Below are positions 12,200 through 25,289 of a stretch of DNA of 64,000 nt, in pieces (within the stretch, counting starts at the first letter, position 1; every line of letters begins with the position of its first letter). The position numbers and the translations under genes are program-made. The stretch is from Octopus sinensis. Its lineage: Eukaryota. The notes beneath the pieces are model-generated. The model ran no database searches and was not told the origin of the DNA. It worked only from the letters and a program-made list of their open reading frames with translations. The stretch is from contig NC_043000.1 in assembly GCF_006345805.1 (NCBI RefSeq), positions 86,862,001-86,926,000 of the forward strand, given 5' to 3'.

Positions 12200-12860
12200 C
12201 GTTCCACTGGCACAAGTGCCAATCAGGCGGTACTGTCATCGGCCACGTCAGTGATTTTGATTTTGATTTCCCTTGCCCAATAGGTCTTCACAAGCAAAGT
12301 TTATTGTCCAGTGAATGAGGGACATTCATAAATAGGCTGGTTACACCCACTGGCATAGACCACGGGCTATAGTCTCACTTGGCTTGTTGGGTCTTCACTA
12401 GCACAGCATATCTCCAAAGGTGTTGGTCACTAGTCATTGCTTCAGTAAGGCCCAATGTTCGAAGGTTGTGCATCATCACCTCATCCAGGTCTTCCTGGGT
12501 CTACCTTTTCCACAGGTTCACCTCAACTGCTAGGGTGTGACACTTTTTCACAGTTTCCTCACTCATTCACTACATATGACCATATCAACGCAGTCAACTG
12601 TTTTGCACACCATATCTAATGCTTCTTAAATCCAAATTTTCTCTCAGGGCGCTTACACTCTGTCGGGTATGCACACTGACATTACACATCCAGAGGTGCA
12701 TACTTGTTTCATTCCTTGCAAGCTTATGCATGTCCTCAGCAGTCACGGCCCATGTTTCACTGCTAATTAGCATGGCTGTACGTACATATGCGTCATATAG
12801 TCTACCTTTTACTCTGAGTGAGAGGCCCTTTGTCACCAGCAGTGTTAGGAGCTCTCTGAA
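12200..12860 (-). mobile_element. RTE-clade LINE 3' end (ORF C-terminus plus part of 3' UTR)
   Basis: KGLSLRVKGRLYDAYVRTAML.SSETWA...; later GKGRPRKTWDEV..HDLRTLGLTEAMTSD..LWRYAV..KTQQAK*. The UTR contains the same unit seen in the 32-33 kb array. Confidence 0.85.
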
Positions 12861-12889
12861 CTTTGCCCAGGCTATTTTTATTCAAACAC

Positions 12890-13300
12890 ATAAAAACACA
12901 CATGAAAACACAAACACATGAATATGCAGAATACATACATAGAAATGTACACACATACATATATACATGTGTGCGCACACACATTCATACATGCATACAT
13001 ACATACATACACACGTGTATGTGCACGCACACTAACTCATACACATATGCACAAACAAACAAAAAGAATGCAGCTTGAATAACGGACAGAGTCAATAACT
13101 ATTGGTAAGGTTGCAAAACGCAATGAAAATTTTAGAAAAATAAATAGTTAAATGAGTGGAAATTTTACCAGTGAGCGTGTTAAATTATAAAGCACTAAAA
13201 AAGAATGACTCTCTCCAGACACAATAGAATATGCTTCAACAGACGAACTCACATAAAGAATCTTGCAAGCCAAATCCAAAAACAAAATGTATATATATAT
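12890..13300 (+). mobile_element. Penelope-like terminal repeat fragment, same family as 50500-51200 (-)
   Basis: Aligns by eye to the reverse complement of 50770-51190. Contains the hairpin GTTGC-aaaac-GCAAT followed by GAAA. Confidence 0.5.
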
Positions 13301-14099
13301 ATAAATTGATTTTGTTTTAATCACCTGACAAGTACCATGCATGAAACTCTCAACTCCTGAGTTGCTTTGTAATTTCTGCTGATTAAAGAAAAAATAATAT
13401 TTATACTCATGTACTGAGTTCTATTTATCCCGCTTGTTCTGCTAAACCCACACATACATATAGACATACATATATACATTCACATACACAAAGACAAACA
13501 CACACATGCACAAATGCAAACACACACACAACACACACATATATATATAATTACCATGTACTGTTGTGTATTTGCATGGTTTTCCATATTATTTTCTATA
13601 GACATAAAAACATGACACTAAAAGAAAGAAAAAATATCAAAATTTTTTTTGTTTAATTTTATTAAATAACAATAGTAAGTTGGTAGTACTAGATAAGTAT
13701 AAAAAATTACTATCACTGGTACTACATTTGTCTTAGGCAGACTATAAACCAATAATAAAAAACAATTTGTTTTTATTATTTCACAGCCACTATATGGAAT
13801 GATTTTTCTATAATCTGTAATGAATTAAGTTGAAGATAAGTGAATTTTAAGTAATCCACCTTTAATTACCAAATATCTGTGAACTGTTCATTTCCTATTT
13901 GGTGTTGTGCGCAGAAAATAATGTAAATACAAAGAAGAATATAAACAAAAGAGAGAGTTTATGACCATGTGGTTAAGAAGTTTGTTTTTCAATTGCTGCA
14001 TTCAGGGTTCAATCACACTGTACAGAACTTTGGGAAAGTGTCTCCTACTACAGCTTTATAAGTGAAATTTGATAGATGGAAACTGTGTAGAAGCTCAAT

Positions 14100-14352
14100 G
14101 GATATCTATATCATTGCATATATATATATATATATATCATTACATATATATATATATATCACTGCCAGATCTGACTGGCCTGGTGCAGCCTTCGGGCTCC
14201 CCAGACTCCAGTTGAACCGTCCAACCCATGCTAGCATGGAAAGCGGACGTTAAATGAGGATGATGATGATGATCATCATTGCATATATATATTATATATC
14301 ATTGCATATATATATATATCATTGCATATATATATATATATATATATATCAT

Positions 14353-14383
<31 letters not shown>

Positions 14384-14386
14384 CAT

Positions 14387-14417
<31 letters not shown>

Positions 14418-14484
14418 CATTGCATATATATATATATATATATATATATCATTGCATATATATATATATATATATATATATTGC

Positions 14485-14515
<31 letters not shown>

Positions 14516-14520
14516 GATTG
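14100..14520. repeat. ATCATTGC(AT)n variable-unit minisatellite, interrupted by an RTE-tail retroposon at about 14160-14275
   Basis: About 9 occurrences of (ATC)ATTGCATATATA separated by (AT)n of variable length. Confidence 0.85.
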
Positions 14521-15077
14521 ATATAATTTACTAAAACCCTTGAAAACTGTACACTAAGATGGTCACAGCTCAATGATTAAAACCAGCAAAGGAACATAAA
14601 TTTAAAATGTGTACAAGTTTCTTTGACTGGTGACTGTTTTGATTTGTAATTATTTACACATTTTCCATGGTGCATTATTTAGCTATTCTGGAGTGACATA
14701 TTTTACACACACATATATATATATATACATATACATGCAACAAGTGGTAGAGTGAACCCATAACCTTTTGTTGTAAATAGCACATTTGAAAATCTTTGGC
14801 CATACTTAGTACAGACAGAAATGTGCCTGTTGTAAATACAGGAATGTGTTAATTTTTTTAAATATCAAAATGAAGTTATACATTTATTTTGAAAAAGTGA
14901 ACTTCCTAAAAGTGTTGGAAAACTGAACTCACACAATATTATTTCTGTATTCTGATGAAGGAAAGCAGCAATGCTTTCCTTTTCACTAGTGAAACTATTA
15001 ACAGTATAGAAAGGTACAGAAATAACTGAAATTTAAAAAGTAAACTTTCAATATAAACTTATAAATGCAAAATTTTG

Positions 15078-15164
15078 TCAATTTTTGTCAGCTTTTGATT
15101 TAAGATATTTGGGATAATTTTTGCAAGCTGTGCTCATTTGTGTCAAGAATGCTGGGACAGCCGT
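15078..15164 (-). CDS. PCTP: Phosphatidylcholine transfer protein (START domain), exon 6 (last coding exon)
   Basis: ttttcag|ACG GCT GTC...: TAVPAFLTQMSTACKNYPKYLKSKADKN*, similar to human NGVPNFLKDMARACQNY. Phase 0. Confidence 0.88.
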   Translation of the reverse strand, partial: TAVPAFLTQMSTACKNYPKYLKSKADKN

Positions 15165-15659
15165 CTGAAAAAAAGAATGAAAGAAAATAAATCTAAATAA
15201 CAAACATCTACTAGAGCAAAAAAAAAAATGCAATTTTATAGCAATTTAAGAATTTACCTTGTTTATTTAATTCATCCTTTGTCTAATTAACCTAATTTAT
15301 ACATTTTACATATCTAATTTGCCTGAGATGTTCTTTATTAAGAATAACAAGAAGCTTAATAATGGCAAAATCATTTTGATAAATTCTTCAAGTTTTCCAA
15401 AATTAGTCGAAACAAAAACTAAATTTGAACAGAAATATGACAACACACGGGTTAAGCATTGATGATTTGTTTTACATTTCAGACTCTATCAAAGAATTGT
15501 TGGAAAAATCAAAATAACAGATCACAGTCAAAAGGCTCAAAAGTGGTCACAACAAACACAAAAGTTATAGCTAGTTTTAGAGAACTATCCAGTGGAATCT
15601 TAATAAGTAAGATGAGACTAAGCAAATACACAATTCTATGTAGTCACTGCAAATGATGT

Positions 15660-15850
15660 ATTCACAAAAAGGTCCTTGGAGATTTCTGGAAAGCCATCAA
15701 GGAATCATTCCTGAACCAGGTTTTTAAATGCAGCTGATGAAACTGGAATATCTGGCATTAGATCTTAGTATGTAATGAAGAATATAGCCTGTAGGATATG
15801 GCAAATTTATTTGATCACCTCAGTGACATTAACAAGACAGTTCAAATGAA
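15660..15850 (+). mobile_element. Possible very degenerate hAT (Buster/Charlie-like) transposase remnant
   Basis: Fragments resembling KVLGDFWK and DMANLFDHLSDINKTVQ, reminiscent of the hAT motif L.D...HLN.LN..LQ. Weak. Confidence 0.25.
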
Positions 15851-15978
15851 ATAGAAATAGTGACACAAGTATTAATAATTTAGAAATTCAGTGAAATGTT
15901 ACATACAGTAACAACAGGTTTCTCTCTGAACAAAATCTACATATGAAATATGTGTGTATGTACTGTATATAAAGTGTA

Positions 15979-16025
<47 letters not shown>

Positions 16026-17140
16026 AAATATATATATATGTATGTATATATATATTATATAATATAATAGAATGCACTCTATGTGAAGTATATATATATA
16101 TCATATAATACATAGAATATTTATATGTGGTATATGTATATACAGATTATATAAAGTGTATGTATAGATCGAAAGATGTGAGACAAAATGTTAAAGGAAC
16201 TATTGAGGCTAAAGGAATTTATTTTGAAGGAGGACATTAAAAAAAGCGGTATGAGAATAATAAGAATTCTAAAACACAGTGACATTCATATTGAGAAAGC
16301 ACCTCATATAGAGATGTAGTGCTAAAAAGTCTGAAAAACATTCAGCACCAGTGGTGGAACTGCTAGTTCATATGAGTTCCGCTTGTTTGCACATCATCTG
16401 CAGCTATTGACTATCACTGCATGCTAACCACCTTTTCAAGATGAATACCACCATTTCTTTTAATTTCTTCAATCTTTTGGCTATGTACTGTAGTGAATTA
16501 TTAGAGTTAGTGGTATACATCTATAAAGCCAAGCCTTTTCTCACCAAAATGCTATACTAACTGCATACCATTCCTACTCAATATACCTGCCTTTCCTACT
16601 TTTACCATCCCTATAGTGTTTCACCCCACTAACACTTTATTAATCACTTTTAACAATCTTCCTTTTCAACTATCTTCCTGTCCATATTTCCCTTCTAATC
16701 ATTAATCTGCAGAAAGTTAATAGGAACACCAACTCAATCCTTCTCACAATTCTAAGAAGGCCCTTAAGAACTGTAAGCATTGTCCCTGTTACTAAGACTA
16801 AACTGTAGAAGTTTTAACAAATCAAATAATAAAGCAAATCTGCAAGGAAATGAGCAATAAGATATAAAATCAAATTTCCAGTGCCACACTCTACTTATAA
16901 ACCATGACTAATATAAATTTCCTTCAAAAACAATGGATATTGAAAAGAACATAGATTAAAAGAAAAAGTATTTTATTTTAATGAAACATTTTCAAAAAAT
17001 GTGTGAGTTGGAAATGTTATGAATTATGTCAAAGTCTTTGGTTGCTTCTAGATTAACATTCTAATAAAAAGTGTAACCCAATTTGCTGTAATTTTACTTT
17101 TTATTTTGAAAATAAATTTGTTTTTAGAATGGATACAAAC

Positions 17141-17208
17141 CTTTGCAGCCCAGTTGATTAACCAAGTTGGGATCATGCCTTTCGGATCATCATAATATTG
17201 CATGAAAA
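17141..17208 (-). CDS. PCTP: PCTP exon 5
   Basis: ttttag|TT TTC ATG...GCA AAG|gtttgt; 68 nt; (V)FMQYYDDPKGMIPTWLINWAAK vs human VFMYYFDNPGGQIPSWLINWAAK. Confidence 0.95.
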
Positions 17209-17835
17209 CTAAAATAGAAGAGAGATATTATAATACAGTATTGCATTTATGTATATGTGTGTATCTGTGTGAGACAGTGAGGAGGGAGAAAGCGGGAAAG
17301 AGAGAGAGAAGGACTTTATTGTGCTTTTCAATCAATAATCCTAAATCCTCTGGCCTCTATCCATTCTGTTAATGACTGATTTCATCTATGAACTCAAATT
17401 CAAAATTTACCAAAACTGAGACTTGAAGATTTTGTTGAGGTTATAATGTTTTCCCATCAACAAATGAAAGTTTCAAATATTACGAAAAATTTTTTTAATA
17501 TTTTGTCCAAATCTTACCAATTAGTACCAAAACAAAATAAATAAATAAAAGAGTAAAAGCAATAGGGTTAAGTACAATAAAAAAAAATGTCCCTTTGTTA
17601 TAATAATTAAAAGATTTAGAAACTATTTAAAGGTTTTAAATTCAAAGATTACTGGAGATTTGAACCTAGTGACAGTATTGTTGTCATCACCTTTGTTGTC
17701 AGCATCACCACAAGCACTACCATCCTCCAACCCTCCTCCTCAACATCATATATATATATACATATAAAGGTGACAATTTACCCATCGCACCCTGTATATA
17801 TATGTGTGTGTATATATATATATATACATACATAA

Positions 17836-17871
<36 letters not shown>

Positions 17872-17873
17872 CA

Positions 17874-17994
<121 letters not shown>

Positions 17995-18047
17995 GTTTAA
18001 ATATTTGTTGTGCAAGATCTTTTATGTGAAGTTGTGTGTTGAAACAG

Positions 18048-18982
18048 ATATTATTATATTTCGGAATGGTCATATTGCCAGTTTAGCCAATAAAAACACA
18101 CGCACTATATATTTGGTGTTATATTGCTTCAGTGATATTTATTTTTTACATTAATCTTAATCTTATTTCGGCCAGAGTTCTTTCGTCACACTCCTTTGAC
18201 CGCATCAGTGGTCCTTTGTTTTCTTCTCACTTATTTGTGTCTCTCCTTACTAACCGTCAGCCATTTTGTATTTCTATTGTATGTCTTCATTTGCACATGC
18301 TTATATTTCTATGTGCGTCTATGTTTATTTAGTGTGTGTGTGGGGGGATGCCTGTAATATTTGTATCTTCTGTTTATATACATTCATGTAATTTGTATTT
18401 TGTTTTTGTTGCTTTTGTTCTAATTTTGTTCATGTGTTTACATCCACCCATTATTATCATTACATATGCTTGTATGTATGTATAACAACAATATTAGTAA
18501 TAATAATAATAAATCTAATCGAAAAAAAAAATACTAATATTGTTGTTATACATACATACAAGCATATGTAATGATAATAATGGGTGGATGTAAACACATG
18601 AACAAAATTAGAACAAAAGCAACAACAACAAAAACAAAATACAAATTACATGAATGTATATAAACAGAAGATACAAATATTACAGGCATCCCCCCCACAC
18701 ACACACTAAATAAACATAGACGCACATAGAGATATAAGCATGCGCAAATGAAGACATACAATAGAAATACAAAATGGCTGACGGTTAGTAAGGAGAGACA
18801 CAAATAAGTGAGAAGAAAACAAAGGACCACTGATGCGGTCACAGGAGTGTGACGAAAGAACTCTGGCCGAAATAAGATTAAGATTAATGTAAAAAATAAA
18901 TATCACTGAAGCAATATAACACCAGATATATAGTGCGTGTGTTTTTATTGGCTAAACTGGCAATATGACCATTCTGAAATAT

Positions 18983-18990
<8 letters not shown>
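18048..18990. repeat. About 450-bp near-perfect inverted duplication of a Penelope-like terminal region (32-nt spacer) in PCTP intron 4
   Basis: Arms 18048-18499 and 18532-18990. The ORF track gives near-identical peptides at 18132-18332(+) and 18706-18906(-). Confidence 0.92.
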
Positions 18991-19073
<83 letters not shown>

Positions 19074-19789
19074 ACACTACACACACACACACATACAGAA
19101 AACATAACCGGCTTCTATGTAGTTTCTATCTACAAAATCCATTCACAAGACTCTGTTTGGCCCAGGGCTATAATAGAAGAGACATGCTCAAGATTGCACA
19201 ATTGGATATAAGTATAAAAACTAAATACTTTAAAGCTTTTAGTCTGAGACACCACTGTCTCAGCTGTATCCACTTATATGGAATATCATAGTATTTACAA
19301 AAATCATATGTTATCTCAAATGTAATGCATCCTGCCACAGCTAAGTGTATCTAAAACTCAGTAAAATAGTCTATCCCCTTTTATCCATACTTTTTTAAAA
19401 TCTTGAGTGTAATGCTAGTACCCAATTTTGATTGTGATGTTTTGTATTAAATTTCTAGTATTACACACATTTATAATGAAACCAACAAATTACTATATTT
19501 GAATACTGCTGTCATTCTACTGACAGAAGGTAGTGTCCAATAACCAATAATCAACTGAAATGATGATAGAACTGTAATTTGACAGTTTTCACCAGAATTT
19601 GTGAAACATGAGAACACTTTTAGTATGTCAGAAATCAATTTATGGATCATTTATCTGTCATAAAATAATCATCAAGCTGACAGCTGACACACATAGAATA
19701 AGCAATATTCCAAATGTGTTTTAGTTTGTAAGAGTTGGAATTACCATTTTTCTTTTTTATCTTTTTGTCAGAAGGGAAGCCTGTGTCCA

Positions 19790-20900
19790 TGAATCTTTAT
19801 GAGGCCTCTGAGACAGGTGAAAAGGAGAGAGGGAGAAACCTCTGAATTTTCCAGAGGTATGCAGGGTTGACTGTGTCAGATGCCACCTTGAGGTTGACAA
19901 AGGTGATGTAAAGGTATTGATCTTTGTGGAACTCCCAAGATCTTTCAATAATGAGATGAAGGGCAAAAATATGGTTGGTGGTAGATTGATTTGGCAATAA
20001 TTTGGCTTGTTGTGGGCAGCAACTGCTTCTGATGGTGGAAAGAGCATGGTTGAGGAGGATCCTAGTGAAGAGCTTGCCTGGGATGGAGAAGAGGGTGATA
20101 CCCCTGTGGTTGCTGCTGAGTTTATTGCCATTCTGTTTCCAGAAGAGGAAGCTAATACCCTAGGTACAGTCATTTGGGAGCTGCTCTGACACTCATACAC
20201 AGTTAATGATGCAAGTGAGCCACTAGACCATGTTATCTCTGTCCACCTTCAACATCACCACAGAAAAAGTGCAGGTTCCAGGGGCTTTGCAATCATTGAG
20301 CTTCTTCAGGGCAGCAGTCTTCATTGGGGGTGACAGGATCAAGTCTGCAAGTGTTGTTCGTTGCAGCTGAGTGTGCAGTGATGATAAGGCTGGGATCAAT
20401 TGGAACAGGTGGGTGAAGAAGAAAAAGGCTGAAGTGCTCCTTCCAGAGTTTAAGGTGGGCGGTTTCTGTAGTGATGATGTTGCCATTGGTATCCTTCACC
20501 AGAGCTGTCTTGAACTAAGGACTGGCATGGGCTCTGTGCAGTATGTTGAACACTTGGCTGAGGTTATTTCTCTTTGTCATTGCTTCCAGGTGCTCAGCTT
20601 CTTCCACCCAGAACTTCTCTCAGTTATCTGTAATGGCCTTGTTGCATATTTCATTGAGCCAACAGTACTCAAGTCGCAATGCAGGCAAGCCTTGTTATGA
20701 CAGTTGATTATCTCCAGCATCTGTAGTGAAATCCAGGATCACTTGGGAAGAGGTCTTGAGTTTACTGAGACATCACATGCAAACTCGTTGATGCTCAATT
20801 TGAAGACCTCCCAGTTATCAATCTCATCCTTGACCAGAGTGCTGAAACAATTGATAATAGAGAATGCAAATGCAGAGGCAATATTGGAATTGCAGAAATA
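19790..20900 (-). mobile_element. Degenerate RTE-clade LINE internal fragment (pre-RT/RT N-terminus)
   Basis: WKEHFS, KAPG, RGITLFSIPGKLFTRILLN, STTNHIFALHLIIERSWEF, YITFVNLKVASDTV across frames, with stops. Confidence 0.8.
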
Positions 20901-21230
20901 GGATGAGTCAGGGTGGGGCTGGTACTGGTGGCAGGGTCCACCAATGACTTCAAGTTGTTAGCACTGCATATATTTTCTTAATCACCCTATTTATTCATAC
21001 TGTGATTAGTATGGTTATTTCCAATGTTGAATACATTGAATTTAAAAAGTACATACCACAATCTATCACATGTTAAAATATGGATGACAATTTGTGACAT
21101 AAACTACCATCTTATTCTATGACTTGTAATGTATCTTATCAATAAATTATAATTTCCTATATTTATAGCTGCAAAACAATTATTCCATGTTATTTGATAA
21201 ATAGAAAAAGAAAATAAGAAAATGAATTAC

Positions 21231-21405
21231 CTTTTGTACCTCCTTCTGGTTGTTTACTAATTACCAAACTTTGGTAGTAATCATCTACTCTGACTGTCAT
21301 CCATTTCTCAGGGAAACTGATTGAATCATCAACACTTTGAGCAATGATCACATATACTTTGGCTCCTTTCCAGTCAATAATACGTAGCTCTCTCTTATAC
21401 ACATA
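21231..21405 (-). CDS. PCTP: PCTP exon 4
   Basis: ttcag|TAT GTG TAT...ACA AAA G|gtaatt; 175 nt; YVYKRELRIIDWKGAKVYVIIAQSV...VRVDDYYQSLVIS...GTK vs human YVYLRQRR...IHVILARS...IRVKQYKQSLAIE...GSK. Confidence 0.93.
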
Positions 21406-21528
21406 CTGAATATTGGGTTAAGGTTTTTTTAACTGAGTCATATGATAAAATCTAACCTAAGTGACACAACATATTTATTTCTTTGTTGATGGTTACTATC
21501 TCTCTCTCTTTCTCATATAAATATAAAT

Positions 21529-21559
<31 letters not shown>

Positions 21560-21786
21560 CAGTCAGGCAGAAAGACAGATAGGTAAAGAAGAGAAAGTGG
21601 AGTTAATGAGCTTACATTATTTTATCGACACTGAAAGAATGATAGCTAATTCAACCTTGACAGAACTTGAACTCAGAAAGCAAGAGCTTTAAGAAATGCG
21701 GCTAAGTATGTTTTCTGACATGCTAATGATTCTGCCAGGCTTGCTGCATTCATGTATAATAATAATAACAACAGTAATAATAATAC

Positions 21787-21847
<61 letters not shown>

Positions 21848-22101
21848 TATAAACTGTAATATATTTGAATAAAGAATCTTAATTCCATTTTCTGTTGTTT
21901 TTCTTTTATTTGTTTCAGCAATTTGACTGCAGCCATGCTGGAACATCAGCTTTAGTTGAACAAATTGACCCCAGGACTAATTCTTTGTAAGCTTAGTACT
22001 TATTCTATTAGTCTTTTTTGTCGAACCACTAAGTTATGGGAACATAAACACACCAACATTGGTTGTCAAGCAATGGTGGGGGAACAAACACAGATACACA
22101 A

Positions 22102-22134
<33 letters not shown>

Positions 22135-22312
22135 TATATATGTATACAGCAGGCTTCTTATCACATAGCCACTTTATATAAACTCTACAAATACTATGAA
22201 ATTCCTGAAGTATATCCAGTACCATGTGCATTTCTACTGTATGATTACATCGGGTGGCCAATAACTACGGACAAGCTTTGTACAGCATTCTACAAGGGTT
22301 TTACCTGAATCT

Positions 22313-22381
<69 letters not shown>

Positions 22382-22409
22382 GCATGTGTGTGCATATATA
22401 TATATAAAT

Positions 22410-22535
22410 ATTGTCCAAAACGTATAGTATTATATATCCATCATGGCTGATCTTACCAATTGGTTTTGTGTAAGGGATACAATGGTACGTTAGGTAACAA
22501 TCAATTATATAACCTTATGCTCATTAGAGTTAGAT
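22410..22535 (-). mobile_element. Second copy of the Penelope-like hammerhead-bearing fragment (see 1500-1640)
   Basis: Reverse complement aligns to 1520-1638; perfect palindrome ACCAATTGGT followed by AAGATC. Confidence 0.55.
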
Positions 22536-22633
22536 AGACAATATAATTGGATTGTTACCTAACAGTCTTAGATGACTTACGTATATATGTGTGTGTGTGT
22601 GTGTGTATATGTGTATATGTGCGTATGTGTATG

Positions 22634-22685
<52 letters not shown>

Positions 22686-22999
22686 GGAGCATGGCTTAGT
22701 TATTGGGATATTTGGCTCACGATTATAAAGTCATGAGTTTGATTTCTGGCAATGCATTGTGTCCTTGAGCAAGACAATTTATTTTCACGTTGCTCCAGTC
22801 CACTCAGCTCGCAAAATTAAGTGGTGTCTGTATTTCAAAGAGCCAGCCTTGTTACACAGTGACACACTGAATCTCCCTGACAACTGCATTAAGGGTACAC
22901 ATGTCCATGGAGTGCTCAACCACTTGCATGTTAATTTCACAAGCAGGTTGTCTCGTTGATTGTATCAGCTGGCACCCCCAGTCATAACCGAGTGCTCTT

Positions 23000-23037
<38 letters not shown>

Positions 23038-23334
23038 TAATTTAGAGATAAAACCACTATTAGGCAACTCAAACAGTGATAGACATAAACCAAAACATAA
23101 AAAACAAAAAATAAATATAATTAATATAATATATATATAAAATATAAAATTTTAATAATTAAAATTTAAAATTTTTTAATTTATATTTTTAAATATATAT
23201 GTATATATATATATATAACATCATATCAAAGGGAAATGGAAATTAATAGAAATTTTCACTTCCAGTGGCCTAGTGTGTAAAAATTTAGTCCATAGACTTT
23301 GTATTACAAAATACAGTGTACATTTAAACACATA

Positions 23335-23441
23335 AGGAATCCACTCGTGGGATTCAACATGCTAGAAAGAACAGCTAAGTTCCAAAACCACAAAAGCCTA
23401 GCTGTTTTTTCTAGCGTGATGAATCCCATGAGTGGATTCCT
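23335..23441. mobile_element. About 107-bp hairpin MITE
   Basis: 42-bp arms 23336-23377 and 23399-23440 (about 4 mismatches), 21-nt spacer, CATA on both flanks. Confidence 0.7.
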
Positions 23442-24781
23442 CATATATATATATATATATAATACATAATATATATATATATGGGCCTGACAGTGGCCAA
23501 GTGGCTGAGTTCCTTTCAGGCATTGGGCCTCATGGAGGCATAGTGACTGAGTTCCTTTCGAGTGTTGGGCTTTATGAAGGCAATGACCAAGACTTCTGAC
23601 ATTATGTCACGCTTGAGAAGGCCCATCAAGCTGAGCAAAATTGCAGTCGTGGCAGATACTGATGTCAAGCAAATTGGCACTCTTGGTTTCACGCAAATGG
23701 CACCTGTAAAAGCACCCACTATGCTCTTTGTGTGGTTGGCATTAGAAACGGCATCCAGCCATAGAAAACCATGCCAAATCAGCGTGCTAGCCCAGTTAAA
23801 CCATCCAACCCATGGACAACAGACGTTAAATGATGATGATGCTGATGATGATATATATACATATATATTATTCATCACAATATGCTAAAATACATTCATG
23901 TATCTCTGGATGATTTGCTGGTCTCTGTAAGTGGTCTGGTATGTTTGTGCCTTATTGATACATATCAGCACCGTACAGACCGAGCTGAAGGCCAGCAGGT
24001 CTGCTAGTATATATACGTATGTATGTATGTATGTATGTATGTATACTATTGTAATGCCCATTTTCCTTACAATAAAAGTTGTCTGTCTGTCTTCTGTCTC
24101 TTCCCTGCTCTATCTCACTTGATTTTTCTTCCTAACCCCACTTTCTATCTGTCTCAGGTATTTTTTCTCTAGGGCAAAAAAGAGGTAGAGGTAGTGAGAG
24201 AGACACACATATACAACCAGAGAGAGTGTGACAGGGAGATAGTGAGAAAAATTGACATATAGACACGGAGAAAGAAGAGGTCTGGCATCTCACTTGTGTT
24301 TTTTCTCCATAACCTGCTTTCTCTGAGAGAAAAAGAGGTATAGGCAGGGAGAGAGAGGAACACATATACAACCAGAGAGAGAGAGGGAGATAATGAGAGA
24401 CATAGAGACACAGAGAGGGACATATAGACAGAGAGAAAGCATAGGTCAAGTGGCGACTTCAAAGGAATAAATGTTATGTATTAAGTTGAAGGTGGATTGA
24501 GTGATAGGTGGAGTATTTTTGCATACTGTAAAAAGCACTACAGTGAAATAGACAGTATGTGGATTGCTAGAAATAGGATCCAATAAACTACCAACTTGGC
24601 CCCACCATCATTCTGTTTTCAGAAAATAAGTGCACAATGGTCAAATTAATTGAAACAACACATAAAAGCTACTATATTATCAATTTTATTTAGTGTTTTC
24701 AGCAGTCAACATACAAACAAACAAACAAACACACAAGCAAACTTTGCTTTTTTTAAGTATATAGATAAGATATATATATGC

Positions 24782-24872
<91 letters not shown>

Positions 24873-25289
24873 GGGAAGTCAAAAATTATCCACACTTTCG
24901 CCCGCCATAATATATCTTTATTATTGTCACACTGCCTTCTGCGCATGTGTGCTTATAGTTTGTACTATTGTGGTCACATGATTGAAGTTTGAGCCGGATC
25001 ATGCAGTTTTTCTTTCTGGCTTTACAGTGTAAGCATGGCTGCTCCACTAGCAATGTGCACCAAAGAACAAACATGCCATACACAAGTGCAAACCATAATG
25101 GTAACAGAAAAAATATAGTGAAACATTAACTACACAAAGACGCCTTCCTAACTTGACAAGCACCCCACCAATGGCTGTGTAAAATATAGGAGGTTTTTAT
25201 GCTGCACCTTGTATTACGAACATTAAAACAAATACTAAATAATAGCCTAGTGGTTAGGGTCTTGCACTCATGACTGTGAGATAATCATT

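Noticed and set aside
15485-15520. Possible plus-strand exon after ttttacatttcag (DSIKELLEKSK*)
   Set aside because: Lies inside PCTP intron 5 on the opposite strand within a probable transposase remnant; no partner exons found.
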